From: Eledone cirrhosa
Taxonomy: Eukaryota
Assembly (NCBI GenBank): GCA_964016885.1
Contig: OZ024743.1
Location: forward strand, 58,032,001 to 58,096,000
DNA length: 64,000 nt
Direction: 5' to 3'
A program made the translations under genes and the position numbers. This document shows, piece after piece, positions 12,448 to 25,065 of the stretch. Numbering within the stretch: the stretch's first letter is position 1; every line of letters begins with the position of its first letter. The notes under the pieces are model-generated. The model saw only the letters and a list, made by a program, of their open reading frames with translations. It was not told the origin of the DNA and searched no databases.

Positions 12448-13054
12448 GTCAGGTCACCAGTTGGTACTACTGGTAGCATGTATCCCAGTACAACCTGTCT
12501 CATGGTCGGGTCGTTGGCGACTAAACTGGCAACCCCACCAAGGTTTCTTGGTGAGGAGGGTGATTTTGGACATCCTGCAGGACTAAAAACAAAACCTGTC
12601 AAAGGGCAAAAGAGCTCTTAAGGGTCAATGTCCATCCAAAATCACCGGGAGAGATGACCCCTTAGCCTTTGTCAAGGCAGAATTCTAGGAGAAGGAAAAC
12701 TCTGATATAACACCTGCAACTCTGATGGTATCCAATGATGTTGACTTGTTCTTCTTTTTGGTAAATATCAACTTGGTTAAGAGAGTGGGACTGGCTTTGT
12801 GCAGTGCCTTGCTCACTATAAAAGCTTCACGGCACAGGTATTGCTTTGTATCTGGAGATCTCTCTACACTTGTCGTCACATGGTACCATGGGCCCAGCAC
12901 TGTGTGTCAATAATTGTCACAAGTGTAGTGTTTGTACCAGAGTTTTCAAGTCGCTGGCTGGACTAAAAAGTCACACTCGTTCAGCGCATCGGTAGGAGTT
13001 CTCCTACATGGATATAAAGTAGTGGCCGTACTCGAAAACGAGTTGGCAGCCACC
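12448..13054 (+). mobile_element. ~610-bp bipartite non-autonomous RTE derivative (SINE-like), copy 1 of 6
   Basis: RTE-type 5' UTR motifs (CTAGGAGAAGGAAAACTCTGA) fused to [25 protein letters not shown] (12918..12995) and a 3' hairpin. Confidence 0.8.
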
Positions 13055-13067
13055 TTGTATGTATGTA

Positions 13068-13638
13068 TGTCGGCGACTAACCCGGCAACCCCCACCAAGT
13101 TTACTATATGTCGGGTCACTCTTGAGTTCTACTCGTAACATATAACCCAGTACAAGCTGTCGCATGGTCGAGTCGTCGGCGACTAAACCGGCAACCCCAC
13201 CAAGTTCACTTGGTGAGGAGGGTGATTTTGGACACCCTGCATAACAAAAAACAAAATCTGACAAAGGGCGGAAGAACTCATAAGAGTCAACTGCCATCCA
13301 AAGGTGTGTAAATATGTATATACACATGTACATGTGTATATATATGTATACTTGTATATACATGGGTGCATGTGTATGTATATGCGCGTGGACATAGAAA
13401 TAGTCGGGCTGGACACCCGATCGCTCGGTTAAACCACTGGGAGTGAATGACCCCTAGCCTTTGTCAGGGCATTCTTCTAGGAGAAGGCAATTCAGGAAAC
13501 TGGGATAACTCCAATACAAAACCTGCGGCTCAGTAGTTACCGATGATGTTGATCTTTTCTTCTTTCCGGGTTATCGCTACTGTCGCTCAGAGAATAGGAT
13601 TGGCTCAGTGCACAGTCTTTCCTTACTTAAAAAAATAT
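13068..13638 (+). mobile_element. Fragments of related RTE 5'-UTR elements (repeated at ~16529..17099 and ~19282..19853)
   Basis: Homology to the 5' half of 12448..13054, interrupted by TA/TG repeats. Confidence 0.7.
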
Positions 13639-13718
13639 CATGTATGTATGTGCGTAGATATGTATGTATGTACGTACATATGTATGTATATATGTATGTA
13701 CATATGTATGTATGTATG

Positions 13719-15154
13719 TTCTCCTGGTTTCTCCTGAAATATACCCCTTCGATATTTTATCTCATCAGTGAAAATAAAGTCCTCCTTCTCTGTCTTTAAC
13801 TTTAGGATAGTAGCTCTGATAATAATGTCTGGGACTTTAGCAAGTTGGAGGGCCTCTATTATACAAGAGTGGGGAACAGAATCGAAAGCTTTCCTGTAGT
13901 TCAGCCAGACTGTAGCCATATTCCTCCTAAGTTGTCGCACCTCCGACATTCCAGTTTTATTAATTAGGAGTTGTTCAGCACATCCCCAAAACCCTCTCTT
14001 TCCAGCTGCTTGTTCATCTGTGATGATGTTATTATTTTCACAGTGATCTTGGAGGAATAGGTTAAGGCAGGCTGTATACATCTTAAACATCAGGTTCTGG
14101 CATACAATGGGTAGGTAGTTTTTTGCCAAGTGGGCGTCTTTCTTCTTGGGGACCAGTAATGTTTGTGCTAATATCAACCATTCTGGTATAAGTGTATCTC
14201 CCTTAAGAGCTTGTTGGTAGAGGTCAATAAGATACTTCCGATAGAATATCAGTTTTTTGTACCAGTAGCCGACAATCATGTCTCTTCCTGGTGTTTTCTC
14301 ATCTTGGAGTTTTCCTATCACAGTCTCAAGGGTATTCATTTCTCTCTGGAAGATTTTGTTAAGGGAAATTTTCAATTGTTTATACTTTTGATTATTATCA
14401 TTATCGATAGTATTTTCCACAATAGTCGACGTAGACTCAGATGGTACACGTGTGTCAAATTTCTTCGATTATTATAATTATCGATAGTGTTTTCCCCAGC
14501 ATTTGAGGTAGACTTAGATGGTACACGTGGTGTGAAGTTTCTTACAGGCATAGTTGTTTCAAGGCACTGTTCGACTTGGCTACTGTGTTGTTGATTCCAT
14601 GTTTGTTCTGGGGGACTTACAATTAATAATATTTATCTTATTTTTACGTTCAACAAACGTCGCTTGTTGGCGTAATTCTTTCGTGTGAAGTGATTTAGCC
14701 CTGGGTGTATTTCGTCCCAGTGTCGCTACATTCTGCTGTTCATATAGCCAATGGAGGGATTGTTTTCTGCCATTTTATAACAATTAAATAAATCCTCATT
14801 AAGTTCGCAACTCCAAGAGAAATGCGATTTATAATTTCGGTTTCTTCTGTAGCTACAACTGAATAAATTTTGTTTACCTTTCTCGTTTTTCTTCGGTATT
14901 CCACTGATATTGTTGTTGATGATGTTGTGTTCAGCCATGCTGTTTGTAGCAAATCCTTGTAAAATGAATTATGTATTTAGTCTGATATCTCTACGAATTC
15001 GAATAAAAGGTGTCTTGAGTTGATATAATTAGAAGAATAACCAGTTATTCAACATGACTGTCGTTGTGGCATTACTGTCGGAGATAGTATTCATCTTAAA
15101 TTTAATAAATAGTCTCCCACGCCAAAATATGCGACTGATCACGTTGACTGACTG
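13719..15154 (-). mobile_element. Second R4/Dong-like family, 5' half only (3'-truncated), copy 1
   Basis: WSCELNEDLFNCY..P.IGYM N-terminus. RT motifs QAAGKRG.WGC, YRKAFDSVPH and RRGIFQ, then an abrupt join to (CATA)n. Confidence 0.85.
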
Positions 15155-15225
15155 TATGTATGTATGTATGTATGTATGTATGTATGTATGTATGTATGTA
15201 TGTATGTATGTATGTATGTATGTAT

Positions 15226-15834
15226 GGTCAGGTCAAAAGTTGTTGCTACTAGTAACATGTATCCCAGTACAACCTGTCTCATGGTCGGGTCGTTGGCGAC
15301 TAAACTGGCAACCCCACCAAGGTTTCTTGGTGAGGAGGGTGACTTTGGACATCCTGCAGGACTAAAAACAAAACCTGTCAAAGTGCAAAAGAGCTCTTAA
15401 GGATCAATAGCCATCCAAAATCAACGAGAGAGATGACCCCTTAGCCTTTGTCAAGGCAGAATTCTAGGAGAAGGAAAACTCTGATATAACACCTACAACT
15501 CTGATGGTATCCAATGATGTTGACTTGCTCTTCTTTTTGGTAAATATCATCTTGGTTAAGAGAGTGGGACTGGCTTGGTGCAGTGCCTTTGCTCACTATA
15601 AAAGCTTCACGGCACAGGTATTGCTTTGTATATGGAGATCTCTCTGCACTTGTCGTCACATGGTACCATGGGCCCTGCACTATGTGTCAATAATTGTCAC
15701 AAGTGTAGTGTTTGTACCAGAGTTTTCAAGTCGCTGACTGGACTAAAAAGTCACACTCGTTCAGCGCATCGGTAGGAGTTCTCCTACATGGATATAAAGT
15801 AGTGGCCGTACTCGAAAACGGGTTGGCAGCCACC
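15226..15834 (+). mobile_element. Bipartite RTE derivative, copy 2
   Basis: Near-identical to 12448..13054. Confidence 0.85.
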
Positions 15835-15908
15835 ATGTATGTATGTATGTATGTATGTATGTATGTATGTATGTATGTATGTATGTATGTATGTATGTAT
15901 GTATGTAT

Positions 15909-16515
15909 GTCAGGTCACCAGTTGGTACTACTGGTAGCATGTATCCCAGTACAACCTGTCTCATGGTCGGGTCGTTGGCGACTAAACTGGCAACCCCACC
16001 AAGGTTTCTTGGTGAGGAGGGTGATTTTGGACATCCTGCAGGACTAAAAACAAAACCTGTCAAAGGGCAAAAGAGCTCTTAAGGGTCAATGTCCATCCAA
16101 AATCACCGGGAGAGATGACCCCTTAGCCTTTGTCAAGGCAGAATTCTAGGAGAAGGAAAACTCTGATATAACACCTGAAACTCTGATGGTATCCAATGAT
16201 GTTGACTTGTTCTTCTTTTTGGTAAATATCATCTTGGTTAAGAGAGTGGGACTGGCTTTGTGCAGTGCCTTGCTCACTATAAAAGCTTCACGGCACAGGT
16301 ATTGCTTTGTATCTGGAGATCTCTCTACACTTGTCGTCACATGGTACCATGGGCCCAGCACTGTGTGTCAATAATTGTCACAAGTGTAGTGTTTGTACCA
16401 GAGTTTTCAAGTCGCTGGCTGGACTAAAAAGTCACACTCGTTCAGCGCATCGGTAGGAGTTCTCCTACATGGATATAAAGTAGTGGCCGTACTCGAAAAC
16501 GAGTTGGCAGCCACC
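15909..16515 (+). mobile_element. Bipartite RTE derivative, copy 3
   Basis: Near-identical to 12448..13054 at offset 3461. Confidence 0.85.
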
Positions 16516-17179
16516 TTGTATGTATGTATGTCGGCGACTAACCCGGCAACCCCCACCAAGTTTACTATATGTCGGGTCACTCTTGAGTTCTACTCGTAAC
16601 ATATAACCCAGTACAAGCTGTCGCATGGTCGAGTCGTCGGCGACTAAACCGGCAACCCCACCAAGTTCACTTGGTGAGGAGGGTGATTTTGGACACCCTG
16701 CATAACAAAAAACAAAATCTGACAAAGGGCGGAAGAACTCATAAGAGTCAACTGCCATCCAAAGGTGTGTAAATATGTATATACACATGTACATGTGTAT
16801 ATATATGTATACTTGTATATACATGGGTGCATGTGTATGTATATGCGCGTGGACATAGAAATAGTCGGGCTGGACACCCGATCGCTCGGTTAAACCACTG
16901 GGAGTGAATGACCCCTAGCCTTTGTCAGGGCATTCTTCTAGGAGAAGGCAATTCAGGAAACTGGGATAACTCCAATACAAAACCTGCGGCTCAGTAGTTA
17001 CCGATGATGTTGATCTTTTCTTCTTTCCGGGTTATCGCTACTGTCGCTCAGAGAATAGGATTGGCTCAGTGCACAGTCTTTCCTTACTTAAAAAAATATC
17101 ATGTATGTATGTGCGTAGATATGTATGTATGTACGTACATATGTATGTATATATGTATGTACATATGTATGTATGTATG

Positions 17180-18615
17180 TTCTCCTGGTTTCTCCTGAAA
17201 TATACCCCTTCGATATTTTATCTCATCAGTGAAAATAAAGTCCTCCTTCTCTGTCTTTAACTTTAGGATAGTAGCTCTGATAATAATGTCTGGGACTTTA
17301 GCAAGTTGGAGGGCCTCTATTATACAAGAGTGGGGAACAGAATCGAAAGCTTTCCTGTAGTTCAGCCAGACTGTAGCCATATTCCTCCTAAGTTGTCGCA
17401 CCTCCGACATTCCAGTTTTATTAATTAGGAGTTGTTCAGCACATCCCCAAAACCCTCTCTTTCCAGCTGCTTGTTCATCTGTGATGATGTTATTATTTTC
17501 ACAGTGATCTTGGAGGAATAGGTTAAGGCAGGCTGTATACATCTTAAACATCAGGTTCTGGCATACAATGGGTAGGTAGTTTTTTGCCAAGTGGGCGTCT
17601 TTCTTCTTGGGGACCAGTAATGTTTGTGCTAATGTCAACCATTCTGGTATAAGTGTATCTCCCTTAAGAGCTTGTTGGTAGAGGTCAATAAGATACTTCC
17701 GATAGAATATCAGTTTTTTGTACCAGTAGCCGACAATCATGTCTCTTCCTGGTGTTTTCTCATCTTGGAGTTTTCCTATCACAGTCTCAAGGGTATTCAT
17801 TTCTCTCTGGAAGATTTTGTTAAGGGAAATTTTCAATTGTTTATACTTTTGATTATTATCATTATCGATAGTATTTTCCACAATAGTCGACGTAGACTCA
17901 GATGGTACACGTGTGTCAAATTTCTTCGATTATTATAATTATCGATAGTGTTTTCCCCAGCATTTGAGGTAGACTTAGATGGTACACGTGGTGTGAAGTT
18001 TCTTACAGGCATAGTTGTTTCAAGGCACTGTTCGACTTGGCTACTGTGTTGTTGATTCCATGTTTGTTCTGGGGGACTTACAATTAATAATATTTATCTT
18101 ATTTTTACGTTCAACAAACGTCGCTTGTTGGCGTAATTCTTTCGTGTGAAGTGATTTAGCCCTGGGTGTATTTCGTCCCAGTGTCGCTACATTCTGCTGT
18201 TCATATAGCCAATGGAGGGATTGTTTTCTGCCATTTTATAACAATTAAATAAATCCTCATTAAGTTCGCAACTCCAAGAGAAATGCGATTTATAATTTCG
18301 GTTTCTTCTGTAGCTACAACTGAATAAATTTTGTTTACCTTTCTCGTTTTTCTTCGGTATTCCACTGATATTGTTGTTGATGATGTTGTGTTCAGCCATG
18401 CTGTTTGTAGCAAATCCTTGTAAAATGAATTATGTATTTAGTCTGATATCTCTACGAATTCGAATAAAAGGTGTCTTGAGTTGATATAATTAGAAGAATA
18501 ACCAGTTATTCAACATGACTGTCGTTGTGGCATTACTGTCGGAGATAGTATTCATCTTAAATTTAATAAATAGTCTCCCACGCCAAAATATGCGACTGAT
18601 CACGTTGACTGACTG
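17180..18615 (-). mobile_element. 3'-truncated R4-like fragment, copy 2
   Basis: ORF 17099..17881 is almost identical to 13638..14420. Confidence 0.85.
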
Positions 18616-18623
18616 TATGTATG

Positions 18624-18657
<34 letters not shown>

Positions 18658-18658
18658 T

Positions 18659-19267
18659 GGTCAGGTCAAAAGTTGTTGCTACTAGTAACATGTATCCCAG
18701 TACAACCTGTCTCATGGTCGGGTCGTTGGCGACTAAACTGGCAACCCCACCAAGGTTTCTTGGTGAGGAGGGTGACTTTGGACATCCTGCAGGACTAAAA
18801 ACAAAACCTGTCAAAGTGCAAAAGAGCTCTTAAGGATCAATGGCCATCCAAAATCAACGAGAGAGATGACCCCTTAGCCTTTGTCAAGGCAGAATTCTAG
18901 GAGAAGGAAAACTCTGATATAACACCTACAACTCAGATGGTATCCAATGATGTTGACTTGCTCTTCTTTTTGGTAAATATCATCTTGGTTAAGAGAGTGG
19001 GACTGGCTTGGTGCAGTGCCTTTGCTCACTATAAAAGCTTCACGGCACAGGTATTGCTTTGTATATGGAGATCTCTCTGCACTTGTCGTCACATGGTACC
19101 ATGGGCCCAGCACTGTGTGTCAATAATTGTCACAAGTGTAGTGTTTGTACCAGAGTTTTCAAGTCGCTGACTGGACTAAAAAGTCACACTCGTTCAGCGC
19201 ATCGGTAGGAGTTCTCCTACATGGATATAAAGTAGTGGCCGTACTCGAAAACGAGTTGGCAGCCACC
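18659..19267 (+). mobile_element. Bipartite RTE derivative, copy 4
   Basis: Near-identical to copy 2. Confidence 0.85.
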
Positions 19268-19933
19268 ATGTATGTATGTATGTCGGCGACTAACCCGGCA
19301 ACCCCCACCAAGTTTACTATATGTCGGGTCACTCTTGAGTGCTACTCGTAACATATAACCCAGTACAAGCTGTCGCATGGTCGGGTCGTCGGCGACTAAA
19401 CCGGCAACCCCACCAAGTTCACTTAGTGAGGAGGGTGATTTTGGACACCCTGCATAACAAAAAACAAAATCTGACAAAGGGCGGAAGAACTCATAAGAGT
19501 CAACTGCCAATCAAAAGTGTGTAAATATGTATATACACATGTAAATGTGTATATATATATGTATACGTGTATATACATGGGTGCATGTGTATGTATATGC
19601 GCGTGGACATAGAAATAGTCGGGCTGGACACCCGATCGCTCGGTTAAACCACTGGGAGTGAAGGACCCCTATCCTTTGTCAGGGCATTCTTCTAGGAGAA
19701 GGCAATTCAGGAAACTGGGATAACTCCAATACAAAACCTGCGGCTCAGTAGTTACCGATGATGTTGATCTTTTCTTCTTTCCGGGTTATCGCTACTGTCG
19801 CTCAGAGAATAGGATTGGCTCAGTGCACAGTCTTTCCTTACTTAAAAAAATATCATGTATGTATGTGCGTAGATATGTATGTATGTACGTACATATGTAT
19901 GTATATATGTATGTACATATGTATGTATGTATG

Positions 19934-21365
19934 TTCTCCTGGTTTCTCCTGAAATATACCCCTTCGATATTTTATCTCATCAGTGAAAATAAAGTCCTCC
20001 TTCTCTGTCTTTAACTTTAGGATAGTAGCTCTGATAATAATGTCTGGGACTTTAGCAAGTTGGAGGGCCTCTATTATACAAGAGTGGGGAACAGAATCGA
20101 AAGCTTTCCTGTAGTTCAGCCAGACTGTAGCCATATTCCTCCTAAGTTGTCGCACCTCCGACATTCCAGTTTTATTAATTAGGAGTTGTTCAGCACATCC
20201 CCAAACCCCTCTCTTTCCAGCTGCTTGTTCATCTGTGATGATGTTATTATTTTCACAGTGATCTTGGAGGAATAGGTTCAGGCAGGCTGTATACATCTTA
20301 TACATCAGGTTCTGGTATGCAATGGGTAGGTAGTTTTTGGCCAAGTGGGCGTCTTTCTTCTTGGGGACCAGTAATGTTTGTGCTAATGTTAACCATTCTG
20401 GTATAAGTGTATCTCCCTTAAGAGCTTGTTGGTAGAGGTCAGTAAGATACTTCCGATAGAATATCAGTTTTTTGTACCAGTAGCCGACAATCATGTCTCT
20501 TCCTGGTGTTTTCTCATCTTGGAGTTTTCCTATCACAGTCTCAAGGTTATTAATTTCTCTTGGAAGATTTTGTTAAGGGAAATTTTCAATTGTTTATACT
20601 TTTGATTATTATCATTATCGATAGTATTTTCCACAATAGTCGACGTAGACTCAGATGGTACACGTGTGTCAAATTTCTTCGATTATTATAATTATCGATA
20701 GTGTTTTCCCCAGCATTCGAGGTAGACTTAGATGGTACACGTGGTGTGAAGTTTCTTACAGGCATAGTTGTTTCAAGGCACTGTTCGACTTGGCTACTGT
20801 GTTGTTGATTCCATGTTTGTTCTGGGGGACTTACAATTAATAATATTTATCTTATTTTTACGTTCAACAAACGTCGCTTGTTGGCGTAATTCTTTCGTGT
20901 GAAGTGATTTAGCTCTGGGTGTATTTCGTCCCAGTGTAGCTTCATTATATTCATATAGCGAATGGAGGGATTGTTTTTTGCCATTTTATAACAATTAAAT
21001 AAATCCTCATTAAGTTTGCAACTCCAAGAGAAATGCGATTTATAATTTTGGTTTCTTCTGTAGCTACAACTGAATAAATTTTGTTTACCTTTCTCGTTTT
21101 TCTTCGGTATTCCACTGATATTGTTGTTGATGATGTTGTGTTCAGCCATGCTGTTTGTAGCAAATCCTTGTAAAATGAATTATGTATTTAGTCTGATATC
21201 TCTACGAATTCGAATAAAAGGTGTCTTGAGTGGATATAATTAGAAGAATAACCAGTTATTCAACATGACTGTCATTGTGGCATTACTGTCGGAGATAGTA
21301 TTCATCTTAAATTTAATAAATAGTCTCCCACGCCAAAATATGCGACTGATCACGTTGACTGACTG
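19934..21365 (-). mobile_element. 3'-truncated R4-like fragment, copy 3
   Basis: ORFs 19853..20536 and 20847..21149. Confidence 0.85.
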
Positions 21366-21459
21366 TATGTATGTATGTATGTATGTATGTATGTATGTAT
21401 GTATGTATGTATGTATGTATGTATGTATGTATGTATGTATGTATGATGTATGTAAATAT

Positions 21460-22068
21460 GGTCAGGTCACCAGTTGGTGCTACTGGTAACATGTATCCCA
21501 GTACAACCTGTCTCATGGTCGGGTCGTTGGCGACTAAACTGGCAACCCCACCAAGGTTTCTTGGTGGGGAGGATGACTTTGGACATCCTGCAGGACTAAA
21601 AACAAAACCTGTCAAAGGGCAAAGGAGCTCTTAAGAGTCAATGGCCATCCAAAATCACCGAGAGAGATGGCCCCTTAGCCTATGTCAAGGCAGAATTCTA
21701 GGAGAAGGAAAACTCTGATATAACACCTGCAACCCTGATGGTATCCAATGATGTTGACTTGTTCTTCTTTTTGGTAAATATCATCTTGGTTAAGAGAGTG
21801 GGACTGGCTTTGTGCAGTGCCTTTGCTCACTATAAAAGCTTCACGGCACAGGCATTGCTTTATATCTGGAGATCTCTCTGCACTTGTCATCATATGGTAC
21901 CATGGGTCCAGCACTATGTGTCAATAATTGTCACAAGTGTAGTGTTTGTACCAGAGTTTTCAAGTCGCTGGCTGGACTAAAATGTAACACTTGTTCAGCG
22001 CATCGGTAGGGGTTCTCCTACATGGATATAAAATAGTGGCCGTACTCGAAAACGAGTTGGCAGCCACC
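21460..22068 (+). mobile_element. Bipartite RTE derivative, copy 5
   Basis: Homologous to copy 1. Confidence 0.85.
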
Positions 22069-22493
22069 ATATGTAAATATGTATAATTGATGCATGTATA
22101 TTGCTTCCGTAGCTAAAATAAAGTAGAAACACTTTACTCAATTATTGACTAATAATTAATATAACATCCAAATCTACCAAATGACTCCATATACCTGATT
22201 ACTTTAATTGTAATCTCTAAATTGCTACTGCTCCGCACATAAATCACGTGCTGCTTTTTTTCTGACATCAGCAATAAAACGTAGACACATTTCCGCTATT
22301 TCAAGTGAAGAAGTAACTCTTCTAATTCCTGCCATTTTAGGTGTGTATCAAGGATAATCAATAGCAACAAATATTCTTTTAATATGAACTAGAACGACCG
22401 TCCTATGTTTTATTGATACACGATTGGAACTGTTAATACCTCCATGGCAGTTATTCTAGATTTAAGTTCCTCTGATTGCGTTATCAAAATCCA

Positions 22494-22600
<107 letters not shown>

Positions 22601-22884
22601 AGATTCTGCGAGAATCGCATTTTCGGCGGGCAGGAAAAGCGAAGCGAAACGCAGAAATCAGAAATGATACTGGCAAATAGTTAAAAACCAGAGCTAAACA
22701 ATGTGTTAAGAAGACATACAAAACTGAAAAGGTGGTCAAGAAAGCATTAACCACTCAAGCCAAAAACCAAATCAAGCTAAACAGGTCAAAACAAAATAAA
22801 TGATAAAAAATAAGTGATAACCAGACCTATATATATATATAAAAGTCTAAAGTCTGTCTTAAGCCAGAACGTTCATTTGGCAGG

Positions 22885-23101
22885 TGTTTTTCCCTGTTTC
22901 ATGGCGTGGAGCGACTGAGAGTACAAGCCTCCCTTTTGGACAGGACGCAAGTCCATACCAGGGTTAAACCCCAGCTATTGTTGGTACTCATTTTCAGCTT
23001 AGTATACGTGAGCAACGTGAAATGAAGTATTTTGCTCAAGAACACAACACACAACCCAAGAATGGAACCCACGACATTATGATCGTAAGTCCAACACCCT
23101 A
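22885..23101 (-). mobile_element. Degenerate tRNA-derived SINE
   Basis: Plus strand ATGAAGTATTTTGCTCAAGAACACAAC...GAACCCACGAC is the reverse complement of a B-box head plus SINE core. Confidence 0.6.
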
Positions 23102-23596
23102 GGTCGCGTGACTCCCCGATATTCTCTCCTTTTCTCCTTCCTACTTTTACTCTCCTTCTTACTTTTACTCTCCCTCTGTCTGCTAGCTAGCCTGCTGCTT
23201 CCGCTGTTTCTCTCGCCTCTATCTCCTTTTCACCTACTCTTGCGGAGTAGGTGAAAAGGAGACCTGTTTTTTTTCGCTCCCTGTTTCACCGTCTACACAG
23301 CCTCGTGCTTAAGTCCAGTATCTGATGTTGACTTTGCCTTTCTTTCTCTTTGGTTGCTCACATACATGTGCTTTCTTATTTTCCTCTTCGGTATGTTGTT
23401 TTCCGTTTTCCCTTCCCTTTTCCCTTCTGTTATATACATTATTTTCTCTCCTTTTTTCCCCCCAATAACTTTCTTTAGTCATTGACGCACTGGAGCTAGG
23501 CATATTGTCTTTAATGCGTAGAAATGTCCATGATCTCTAGCAGAAAACTGATGAAGGGATTATCTCCGTTCGTGCTTCCCTCTTATCTCTCTCCCT

Positions 23597-23683
<87 letters not shown>

Positions 23684-24378
23684 TATTCCATTTAAATTAT
23701 TTTGATCAGTTAAGTGTAGAACTGGTAGGTTTGATAGGTAAATCATGAATGCAATGAATTAATAAAGGACTCGACGTGATCCCCAAGGGCTAGTTTTTTT
23801 CAAGCAGTCCCCAAGTCCAATTTTTCATTTTTCATTTTTCACTTTTCAATTTGTCAACTTGCTATTCTCTTTTCCCCATTTTCTACGATGAATATGAGTT
23901 CTACGTATCCCTGCCATGCAATTCTGTCGAAGTTACCTGATGAGACCGTCCTGTTTTCATCATAAATAGATGATGGAGCAGGGACATAGAAATATGTATA
24001 ATGATTTCACGGAATTAAAATTTACAGCATATCTTCCAGCCCAATCTCTTGTTGTCATTTAATATACACACATGCAAACGCATGCGCAGAGAAGAAGACA
24101 AATAAATAAATAAATAAACAGATAAAATAAAGATGGCGTAGATATACAATACAACAGGAGGAATATAATAGTACAACTGATGATGTTGCAGATGTGCAAC
24201 GAAAGCACTTTGTTAGACTATATATATGTGTTTATATCTATATTATATCTGTATTTTTTACCTTTGGTCAGTCAATGATAAACATTGAGGACAAATGAAT
24301 TAACTGTGGAGATATAAAAGATACAGAAGCGAAAACCAACTAAACAGTGTGTTCTGTTATTATTTCTGTCAATATTAC

Positions 24379-24570
24379 GGCGATGGATTGGCAGTATCGG
24401 CAGAGAGTCGGATGCCATGCTTTGTAGCAAAGAGTTACGGCCCTTTATGGTCTGAGTTCGAATTCCGCCGAGGTTAACTTTGCCTTTCATTCTTGCGGGG
24501 TCGATAAAATAAAGTACCAGTAATACACTGGGATAATTGCTGGCCTTGTGCCAAAAGTAGAAACAATTAT
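24379..24570 (+). mobile_element. tRNA-derived SINE (cephalopod-type)
   Basis: A-box-like TGGCAGTATCGG, B-box GAGTTCGAATTCC (24454), body CTTTGCCTTTCAT..GGGGTCGATAAAATAAAGTACCAG. Two more copies occur in the window. Confidence 0.8.
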
Positions 24571-24895
24571 TTCTAGCAATATTATTTCAGTCTTTCCCTT
24601 TTTCTGACATACACACAGGTTTGACAAGATTGATAGAACAAAAACTGTTTAGAGCTACCTTCCCGTGTATATATCGTCTGATAATATAAACAATCTTTAT
24701 CTTTACCTAAGTGACCGTCGATTACTCCGCTTTGCTTTTGACTAGGTACGTGACGTTAGTCACTACTTTAAAATTCATAGCGAATGGCCTTCAAAATGTT
24801 TTTCAATAAACATACAGTATATTATTAAATATACAATACTTACATTCATGTATACCTCGCTATTTCAGAACACCAATACTACTAATATATATATA

Positions 24896-25065
24896 TCCCG
24901 GGTTCAATCGGAAGTAACTGCAGTAAGTAAGGTACTCAATACATAGCATAGTATGAATATTTAATATAGAAATCACTCATACAGAACTGTTTCATTTGGG
25001 AGAAATTATCAGGAAGCCCTGATGATTTCTCACGAATGAAACAAGTTCTAGTCCTGTAGAAGCTC
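24896..25065. mobile_element. PLE pLTR remnant as a small tails-out inversion with two HHR cores; relatives at 30389..30514 and ~49140..49225
   Basis: CTGATGA-TTTCTCACGAAT-GAAA-CAAGTTC at 25019 on +, with a mutated mirror copy at 24984..25013 on -. Confidence 0.65.

Larger units (their letters stand above)
12448..22068. repeat. Tandem amplification of a composite TE block (three units, periods ~3461 and ~2754 bp)
   Basis: Matching ORFs recur at 13638/17099/19853 and 13543/17004/19758. Confidence 0.95.

Noticed and set aside
12346-22068. Regularly recurring sequences suggesting a CRISPR-like array or gene cluster
   Set aside because: These are kb-scale TE duplications with no repeat-spacer pattern or cas genes, in a eukaryotic context.
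24379-24470. tRNA gene
   Set aside because: A and B boxes are present but there is no cloverleaf; it continues into a SINE body found three times.
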